Translations under genes and position numbers: made by a program
Shown here: positions 31,801 to 37,974 of the stretch, in pieces
Layout: each line of letters starts with the position of its first letter
Position numbering within the stretch: position 1 is the stretch's first letter
Assembly (NCBI GenBank): GCA_021404985.1
Contig: QWHP01000002.1
Coordinates: 1 to 37,974, forward strand
Length of the DNA: 37,974 nt
Source: Actinobacteria bacterium ATB1
GTDB taxonomy: Bacteria; Actinomycetota; Acidimicrobiia; UBA2766
Reading direction: 5' to 3'
The notes under the pieces: generated by a model
The model's database searches: none
What the model saw: only the letters and a program-made list of their open reading frames with translations
Told to the model about the DNA's origin: nothing

Positions 31801-34740
31801 TCACCCCGGTCCGGCATTCGCTCTCTCCCTCTCCAACCCCGTGGGCTCCTCCGTCGAGGTGTGGATGGCCGCGGCGGCGCGCCGTCCGTCAGCGACGGAC
31901 TCGACCACGGTTCCGGCGCCCCGCGCGATGTCTCCTCCTGCGTAGAGCCGCGGGCGCCCGGGTACGGCCTGCGTGACCGGGTCCACCGGAATACGATCCG
32001 GCCTGTCGAACTCGGCCATGAGGTGTGCCGCCAGGTCCGGTGTAGTGGTCTGACCGATGGCGAACACGACGGCGTCGAACTCGACGTTCGTCGTCTGCTC
32101 ATCGTCGAACGACGGGGCGAAGTGCCCATCGCCGTCGAACACGGACGTGCAGCGCACGAGGGTCAGGACGGAACCTTCAACCTGCCTCGGCCCCCAGCCG
32201 CTCAGGAGGTCGACCCCCAGACGCTCGAGTCCGGTGACCTCTGACGCGAGCATCGGCATCTCGCTCCGGGACTCGAGGCATGCGACGGTCACCCGGTTGC
32301 CGGACTCTGCGCAGAGGGCAACAGCCGTGTCCGAGGCCACGCTGCCACCGCCCACGACGAGCACGTTGCCGCTGATGCCCGACGAGCCGTCGCACCGCAC
32401 CTTCTCCAGGATGTGCAAGGCGTCGAAAGCTCGCTCGTCCGCCAGACCCGGGATCTCGAGAGTTCGGCCCCTCCCCAGACCAGGAGCGAGGAAGACTGCG
32501 TCGTACTCGGCCTCGAGCCCGGAGATGGTCAGGTCCCCGCCCAGGGACCGGTCGAACTCCCACGTCACACCATCGAGCTCCAGATCGCGGAGCTCGGCGT
32601 CGAGGACGTCGTCGCCGAACTTCTGGGGCGAGAGGGCGTGCGTAAGGATCCCGCCGGGCCTCGAACGCCGGTCGAAGATCGTGACATCGTGGCCGAGCCG
32701 TGACAGGAAGTGCGCGCACGAGATCCCGGCCGGACCGGCCCCCACGACTGCGATCCGCGCAGAGGCACCGGGGCGGCCGGGACGGATGTCGATCGCACGC
32801 TCCCCGTTGGGGGGTCCAGCCCCGTTCTGTGCGGTACCGGGACCACAGACCCAGGCGTGGATGTCGGCGATCCTGACCGGGCCGTCGGCGAAGTCGTTGC
32901 GGACGCACACCTTCTCGCAGTACCTCTCGGCCGGACAGATGATCCCGCAAACGGCGGCCAGTGGGTTCGTCTCGCGCATGGACCTGGCGGCACCGGCGAA
33001 GTTGCCTGCCTCGACGCGGCGCAGGAAGCCGACGAGGTCGATGGAGGCCGGACACGCAGCCGTGCAGGCAGGGTTCTCGCAGTGCTGGCACTCCCGCGCG
33101 AGCCGCATCGCGCGCTCGGCCGTCATCGGGTCGTCCGGGTCCGGCAGGTCGGGAAGAGGATCCGCCGGCCCGATGTGCACGAACTGACGCTCGAACTCAC
33201 GCGGCTGGAACTCGGCCTCACCTCGGTCGCGCAGCACGAGGTTGGCCGCTCCGACCGCCGACGTGGTCGCCGGGAGGACACCGAGGCCCATCACGGTCGA
33301 GTCCCCGCACATGTAGAGGTTCGCCCACTCGGTCCTTGCCGCCGGGCGGTTGGCGAGATCCTGGCCGATCATCTGCTTGGGTCCGCCGATGTTCCCCCAG
33401 TTCTTCAGCGTGAAGCGCTCCAGCGTGGTCGGTGTCCCGATCTCGAGAACCCTGATGTGGTCCCGGATCCCGGGGATGACCGTCTCGACACGCTCGAGGA
33501 GCGCCGCTGCAGCAGCCTCCTTGCGTATCCGGTACTCCTCCGAGCGGTACTCGGGCTCCCACGGGCGAGGCCACTTCTCCGACGAGACCGCCGTGATCGT
33601 CACCGAGCAGACCCCGTCCGGGGCCACCGTCGGATCGAGAAGCGACGGAAGGTACGCCGTCACCCCATGGCCCTCGACAGCCTCGGGATCCTCGATGACG
33701 ATCTCCATCGGCCGGCAGTCGGGCGGGATGACGGACGCGTCGACGGCCATGTACAGGATCAGGTTGCTGTGCGTGGGCACGAAGCCCTGTGCCCACTTCA
33801 GGCGCATTGGGCTCACGTGTTCGGGGCGAACGAGCCCCCCGTAGAGGTTCCAGACCGTCGTGTCCGAGACGACGGCTCCCGCCTCGATCCCGGTGCCGTC
33901 CGCAAGCCGCACGCCGACAGCAGCGCCGTCGGAGACGAGTATCTCGTCCACCGTGTTCCGGTAGAGGATCTCGCCCCCGTAGCGCTCGACGGCTCGCTCG
34001 AGCCGGTTCGAGAGCATCTGGGGCGAACCCGCCGGGTAGTAGGCACCCCCGATGTGGTTGTCGGCGAACAGGGTGAGTGACAGGAGTGCAGGGCACTCCG
34101 CCGCGTCGACGTACGTGAAGGTCCGGATGAGCATGTCGAGGAACGCGACGAGCGCGGGATCGTCGAAGAACTCCTCGAAGAGCTCCAGGGAACTTCGCTG
34201 CATCCACGACAGGAGGTCCGCGGTGTGCTCGCTCATGGCGAAGTTTCCGAGCGCCTCGGGTGAGATCTCGGTCGGCGGGACGATGAAGTCCGACGCGAGG
34301 ATCGTGTTCTCGTAGAGGGTGAACGCGTACTGGAAGAATCGCTCCAGCGCCTCCTTCTGCCGGGGGAAGCGCTCGACGAGCTCGGCGAGGAACGCGTCGA
34401 AGTCGCGCCAGACCGTGATCGTGTCACCCCCGACGTGGAGGCGGTAGATCGAGTCGCGATGGACGATCTGGATGTCCTCCTCGAGCTCGTTCATCACGAA
34501 CCTGTGCGTGTTCAGGCCGCGCTCACCGAACCCGTACAGGACCGTCGCCCCGACGTCCATGCTGACGTGGCCGCGTCGGATCGCCCCGCAGCAGCCGCCC
34601 GGCATGTAGTGCTGCTCGACAACGAGCGTGTCGAGACCCCGGCGGCCCAGGAGGGCAGCCGTGGTGAGCCCGCCGATCCCGGCCCCCACGACGACGACGT
34701 CGTAACGGTCGGCGACGACTCCTGCGTCGAGGATGTGCAC
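31801..34740 (-). CDS. fusion protein: CrtI/phytoene-desaturase-family FAD oxidoreductase (aa 1-505) + GltD-like Fe-S/FAD/NAD(P)H oxidoreductase (aa 541-979)
   Basis: Uninterrupted 979-codon ORF. DVVVVGAGIGGLTTAALL...CGDSTVMGLGV is followed by the linker GPADPLPDLPDPDDP. Then come CQHCENPACTAACP, CGIICPAERYCEKVC, RIAVVGAGPAGISCAHFL..FDRRSRPGG, NVLVVGGGSVASDTA and LYAGGDIARG. Confidence 0.9.
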   Translation of the reverse strand: MHILDAGVVADRYDVVVVGAGIGGLTTAALLGRRGLDTLVVEQHYMPGGCCGAIRRGHVSMDVGATVLYGFGERGLNTHRFVMNELEEDIQIVHRDSIYRLHVGGDTITVWRDFDAFLAELVERFPRQKEALERFFQYAFTLYENTILASDFIVPPTEISPEALGNFAMSEHTADLLSWMQRSSLELFEEFFDDPALVAFLDMLIRTFTYVDAAECPALLSLTLFADNHIGGAYYPAGSPQMLSNRLERAVERYGGEILYRNTVDEILVSDGAAVGVRLADGTGIEAGAVVSDTTVWNLYGGLVRPEHVSPMRLKWAQGFVPTHSNLILYMAVDASVIPPDCRPMEIVIEDPEAVEGHGVTAYLPSLLDPTVAPDGVCSVTITAVSSEKWPRPWEPEYRSEEYRIRKEAAAAALLERVETVIPGIRDHIRVLEIGTPTTLERFTLKNWGNIGGPKQMIGQDLANRPAARTEWANLYMCGDSTVMGLGVLPATTSAVGAANLVLRDRGEAEFQPREFERQFVHIGPADPLPDLPDPDDPMTAERAMRLARECQHCENPACTAACPASIDLVGFLRRVEAGNFAGAARSMRETNPLAAVCGIICPAERYCEKVCVRNDFADGPVRIADIHAWVCGPGTAQNGAGPPNGERAIDIRPGRPGASARIAVVGAGPAGISCAHFLSRLGHDVTIFDRRSRPGGILTHALSPQKFGDDVLDAELRDLELDGVTWEFDRSLGGDLTISGLEAEYDAVFLAPGLGRGRTLEIPGLADERAFDALHILEKVRCDGSSGISGNVLVVGGGSVASDTAVALCAESGNRVTVACLESRSEMPMLASEVTGLERLGVDLLSGWGPRQVEGSVLTLVRCTSVFDGDGHFAPSFDDEQTTNVEFDAVVFAIGQTTTPDLAAHLMAEFDRPDRIPVDPVTQAVPGRPRLYAGGDIARGAGTVVESVADGRRAAAAIHTSTEEPTGLERERANAGPG

Positions 34741-34764
34741 CGGTGGACCTCCCCCGCACCGATC

Positions 34765-35217
34765 TCAGCTCGACTCGAGCACGCCCTTCATGCCCGAGAC
34801 GAGCGCGCCGTAGAAGCCGTTCACCACGTTCACGGCCTGCTCCTCGGACACGCCCTCCCGGGGGTCGAAGCTGCACGCCCAGTCGAGCCGGCTCGAGTCC
34901 GGCCCCGTCGACGTGATCACCATCGTCGCGACGTAGTTCTCGACCGGAAGGGGATTGTTGTCCCTCACCGAGTAGACGATCGTGAGGTTCTCCTCGTCGA
35001 GGCTCTCGAGCTGCTCCACGATCCCGGGGGAGTCCGCCGTGACGTACATGCGCCGCAGCATGCCCGGCCCCTCGCCCTCAAATTCGACATGGTGTACCGG
35101 CGGTACCCAGCTCAGGTTGCTGAAGTCGCTCAGGACGTCCCAGACCTTCCCGGCAGACACCTCGAACTCCGCCGTCACGGTGACCTTCGGCTCAGCAGAC
35201 GCTGCTGTATCCGTCAT
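34765..35217 (-). CDS. SRPBCC (Bet v1/START-like, polyketide cyclase/dehydrase fold) protein
   Basis: ATG 35217 follows GAGGGAAG. 150 aa. KVWDVLSDFSNLSWVPPV...VEQLESLDEENLTIVYSV... is a typical SRPBCC ligand-binding pattern. Confidence 0.75.
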   Translation of the reverse strand: MTDTAASAEPKVTVTAEFEVSAGKVWDVLSDFSNLSWVPPVHHVEFEGEGPGMLRRMYVTADSPGIVEQLESLDEENLTIVYSVRDNNPLPVENYVATMVITSTGPDSSRLDWACSFDPREGVSEEQAVNVVNGFYGALVSGMKGVLESS

Positions 35218-35323
35218 CGCTTCCCTCGCTCTTGCCCTCGCTGCACCCGAACTTTGAAGCCCATTGAAACACTTGATACCCATAAAAGCAAATGCATCTG
35301 TTAAAGTATCGCTCGTGAGTTTG
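35218..35323. promoter_or_regulatory. AT-rich divergent promoter/operator region between the SRPBCC operon and the TetR operon
   Basis: Locally AT-rich (..TTGAAgcccaTTGAAacacTTGATACCCATAAAAGCAAATGCATCTGTTAAAGTATCgc..). Inverted GATAC (35275-35279) / GTATC (35306-35310), an internal ATGCAT palindrome, and three TTGA(A/T) at about 10-bp spacing. Confidence 0.4.
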
Positions 35324-36004
35324 ATGGCCCGACAGAAGGCGCAGCGGCGGGAGCTGATCCTGTCCGCCGCGCGCGACCTCATAACCGAACGTGGCTACCG
35401 CGAAGTCACGATGCGGGCGATCGCCGAGCGCTGCGGGGTCTCGATCCCGACCCTCTACAACCTCTGCGGCGACAGGCAGGCCCTGCTCTTCGAGGCCGTC
35501 TCGTCACATCTGTCCGGCGTTCTGCTCGACACCTCGGTGGTCAGCACCAAACGCGGGCACGAGAAGGTGGTCGCGATCACCGAGGCGATCTCTGCCGAGA
35601 TGTGCAGGATGCCCGAGTACCACCGGACGATGATGGGTGTCCTCGCCGGCTCCGACAGTGCCCACGAGCTGTCTGCGGGTCTGAGCCGGCTTCTCGCCGC
35701 CGAGTTCGAGCATGCCCTCGACGAGATGAAGGCCTCGGGCCACCTGGCGCCGTGGGCCGACCCCGGCCCTCTTGCGCGCAGCGTCGCCGGTCAGGTCGTC
35801 ATCGTCTCCGCCGAATGGGCGAGCGGCACGCTTCCCGACAGCAGACTGCGTGCAGCCATGGTCTTCGGGGTGAGTCTTGTCCTCCTCGGCGTCGCTGAGG
35901 GCAAGGCGGCAGCGGCACTGCGGCGCCATGCCAAGGCCTGCCAGGCCGCCGCGCTACCCGACCCGGCACCCTCGGTGCCGGACGAGGCGGCCAGGACTGC
36001 GTGA
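35324..36004 (+). CDS. TetR/AcrR family transcriptional regulator
   Basis: ATG 35324: MARQKAQRRELILSAARDLITERGYREVTMRAIAERCGVSIPTLYNLCGDRQALL is the TetR HTH. The stop overlaps the next start (GTGA 36001-36004). Confidence 0.85.
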   Translation: MARQKAQRRELILSAARDLITERGYREVTMRAIAERCGVSIPTLYNLCGDRQALLFEAVSSHLSGVLLDTSVVSTKRGHEKVVAITEAISAEMCRMPEYHRTMMGVLAGSDSAHELSAGLSRLLAAEFEHALDEMKASGHLAPWADPGPLARSVAGQVVIVSAEWASGTLPDSRLRAAMVFGVSLVLLGVAEGKAAAALRRHAKACQAAALPDPAPSVPDEAARTA

Positions 36005-36573
36005 CCAAGGGGGGTCCAGTGACGATCAGCAACTACGAGGAAGTCGCGATCTACCCCCTCGATCCCGAGGTGAAGGAACAGCTCCTCACGGAACAGAACG
36101 AGTGCTGCTTCATCTGGGGCCCGAAGGACCACTGGGCCGTCGGCGTGATGATGAGCTACGTGTGGCGGGACGGGTCGTTCTGGCTCACGGCCACGACCCA
36201 GCGCAAGCGCATCGCCGCCATCCGGCGCGACCCGCGGGTCTCCGTGGTCGTGTCCGGCAAGGGAACGTCAGTCGGTGAGGCGCGCACGGTGACGGCGAAG
36301 GGCCGGGTGGTCCTTCACGAGGACGATGCGACCAAGGAGTGGTTCTACCCGGCCCTGTCCGAACGCGTCCTCCAGGCGTATCCGGCCATGGACCAGCTCC
36401 GCGAGATGTTCACTCAGATGCTCGACTCCGAACGCCGGGTCGTGATCGAGGTCGTCCCGGAGAAGTGGATCACCTACGACGCATCGAAGCTGATGGCCGA
36501 CTCGGTCCAGGCGTGGGCGGCACAGGCCCAGGAGGCCGCCGAGGGTGCTTCTGCCGAGGCGGGCGACCCTTGA
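36001..36573 (+). CDS. pyridoxamine-5'-phosphate-oxidase-fold (PPOX family) protein
   Basis: 190 aa. ...CCFIWGPKDHWAVGVMMSYVWRDGSFWLTATTQRKRIAAIRRDPRVSVVV.. fits the split-barrel PPOX/flavin-F420 binding fold. Coupled to both neighbours. Confidence 0.75.
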   Translation: MTKGGPVTISNYEEVAIYPLDPEVKEQLLTEQNECCFIWGPKDHWAVGVMMSYVWRDGSFWLTATTQRKRIAAIRRDPRVSVVVSGKGTSVGEARTVTAKGRVVLHEDDATKEWFYPALSERVLQAYPAMDQLREMFTQMLDSERRVVIEVVPEKWITYDASKLMADSVQAWAAQAQEAAEGASAEAGDP

Positions 36574-37397
36574 AGGAACTGGACGGCAAGGTGGCCGTCG
36601 TCACCGGGGCCGGCAGCGGCATCGGGCGCGGGATGGCCCTGGCCTTCGCCGAGGCCGGGATGCACGTCGTCGTCGCAGACATCGAGCCGGACTCGGCGCG
36701 ATCCACGGCGGGTGAGGCGGAGGCCTTCGGGAGAGAAGCCATCTGGCACGAGACGGACGTCACAGACCGCGCCTCGCTGGGGGGTCTCGCCGACCGCGTG
36801 TACGACGCCTTCGGGGAAACACACATCCTGTGCAACAACGCCGGTGTAACGACGTTCGGCATGATGACAGAACCTCTGTCCGATTCGGACTGGGACTGGG
36901 TCCTGTCGGTGAACCTCCACGGGGTCGTGAACGGACTACAGGCCTTCCTCCCGCGCATGCTCGCCCAGCCCGGCGAGAAGCACATCGTCAACACGGCGTC
37001 GATAGCGGGGCTGATGCCGACGCCCCTCGTAGGCCCGTATGTGGCGAGCAAGTACGCCGTCGTCGGTCTGACCGAGACTCTCCGGCTCGAGGGGGCCGGT
37101 GCAGGCCTCGGCTGCACCGTGCTCTGCCCGGGCAACGTACGAACCCGACTCGCCGACAGCGACCGCAACCGCCCCGGAGGACCGGCCGGAGAACCCTCAC
37201 CTGCAACGGACTACCTCGCAGCCGCGATCGAGGCAGGCGCGGACCCGATCGAGGTCGGGCGGAGAGTACGCCGTGCCGTGGAGGACGACGACCTCTACGT
37301 GTTCACGCACGCCGAGCACCGCAACCTGCTCGCTGCGCGCTTCGAGTCGATCCTCGCGTCCTTCGACAAGTGGACCGGCGACGAGGTTCCGGCATGA
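36570..37397 (+). CDS. SDR family oxidoreductase
   Basis: TTG 36570 overlaps the upstream stop (TTGA). VVTGAGSGIGRG, NNAG, NTASIAG, YVASKYAV (YxxxK). Confidence 0.85.
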   Translation: MKELDGKVAVVTGAGSGIGRGMALAFAEAGMHVVVADIEPDSARSTAGEAEAFGREAIWHETDVTDRASLGGLADRVYDAFGETHILCNNAGVTTFGMMTEPLSDSDWDWVLSVNLHGVVNGLQAFLPRMLAQPGEKHIVNTASIAGLMPTPLVGPYVASKYAVVGLTETLRLEGAGAGLGCTVLCPGNVRTRLADSDRNRPGGPAGEPSPATDYLAAAIEAGADPIEVGRRVRRAVEDDDLYVFTHAEHRNLLAARFESILASFDKWTGDEVPA

Positions 37398-37488
37398 GGG
37401 ATGGGCCATCCGGACCGTCGGCAGGTGTTGGCGCAGACGCGGTGAACACTGTTAGGCAGTAGAGGGAACCGTCCCGTCAGGGGAATAC

Positions 37489-37974
37489 ATGGGAAATCCG
37501 GCACGCACACGGCGCAAGGCCGACTCTCGCCTGGCTCCCGGCGGGACTGCGAGCGACGAACAAGCGACCGACAGCGCGGTGGACGACGACACACGACCGC
37601 TCCCGGTCACGAAGGATTCGGCGCCCGCGAGACCGCAGACGCCGGACACGGCGGCGACCGAGGACAGCGCACCGGAGGGATCCCAGCCGCCGGTGCCACC
37701 CACCCCTCCCTCCCCCGGAGGAGTCGTGGTCATGCCGGCCGGGCTCGTCAGGGAGCTCTTCCGCGATGTGGGCAGCCCGGATTCGGCACGAGCCGCGGCG
37801 GCCGCAAACGCGAAGCCGTCGAAGAAGCGCACTTTGATGCTCCTCTCGCTGGGCGGTCTCCTCGGCAGCCTGATGTTCGCCGTCATCAACTTCTTCGTCT
37901 TCCCGACGATCCTCAAGGGAGAACCTGCCAAGCCCGTTGGGATCGACGATGCGCTCGCCGAGTTCCGGGCCGAG
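37489..37974 (+). CDS. hypothetical membrane-anchored protein, 5' part only (runs off the right edge)
   Basis: Not in the ORF track because no stop lies in the window. ATG 37489 opens 162 codons with G/C-rich third positions. Basic/Pro-rich N-terminal region, then a TM helix LMLLSLGGLLGSLMFAVINFFVF. The antisense 159-aa ORF (37452-37931) looks non-coding. Confidence 0.55.
   Translation, partial: MGNPARTRRKADSRLAPGGTASDEQATDSAVDDDTRPLPVTKDSAPARPQTPDTAATEDSAPEGSQPPVPPTPPSPGGVVVMPAGLVRELFRDVGSPDSARAAAAANAKPSKKRTLMLLSLGGLLGSLMFAVINFFVFPTILKGEPAKPVGIDDALAEFRAE

Noticed and set aside
1-37974. Search for tRNA, rRNA, CRISPR arrays, IS/transposase, integrase, phage or toxin-antitoxin genes
   Set aside because: No cloverleaf-like segment, no regularly spaced repeat array, no DDE/tyrosine-recombinase-like ORF and no small paired ORFs of TA type were seen. 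Absence is by eye only and should be confirmed with tRNAscan, Infernal and ISfinder-type tools.

Overview
GC-rich chromosomal segment with GGAGG-type ribosome-binding sites and many 4-nt start/stop overlaps. It looks actinobacterial: a mycothiol-type DinB/TIGR03083 enzyme, a WS/DGAT acyltransferase, PPOX-fold proteins, and amt-glnK preceded by GlnR-type boxes. I support about 35 intact or partial CDSs, 9 decayed genes, 3 copies of a 51-bp palindromic repeat and 3 candidate operator regions. I found no rRNA, tRNA, CRISPR array, transposase or phage gene. Recognisable content: TauE/SafE + DUF1634-like + VanW; maleylacetate reductase + VOC; DUF2277 + anaerobic-sulfatase-maturase-like radical SAM enzyme; DEAD-box helicase with a coupled miniprotein; gabD-like aldehyde dehydrogenase; WS/DGAT; PAP2 + SulP/STAS; aspartate-dehydrogenase-like protein; amt-glnK; a RpiR-associated catabolic cluster. 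The most unusual region is a TetR-flanked divergon (27.6-37.4 kb). Its core is one 979-aa ORF fusing a CrtI/phytoene-desaturase-family flavoenzyme to a GltD-type Fe-S/FAD/NAD(P)H module. That ORF is embedded with SRPBCC, NTF2/SnoaL-like, extended-SDR, SDR and PPOX proteins and a secreted protein made of two copies of an unassigned ~220-aa domain. Other points of interest: the repeat family always sits at gene 3' ends, and one copy supplies the stop codons of two converging ORFs exactly at a gene truncation. Frameshifted, nonsense-bearing or truncated genes are clustered in four islands, while neighbouring 1.7-2.9-kb ORFs are intact. There is also an orphan pilin-like gene and a six-element, 11-bp-phased GlnR-like box array upstream of amt. 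All homology statements come from reading motifs by eye; no database search was run. The long ORFs antisense to real genes are rejected as GC-rich artefacts.
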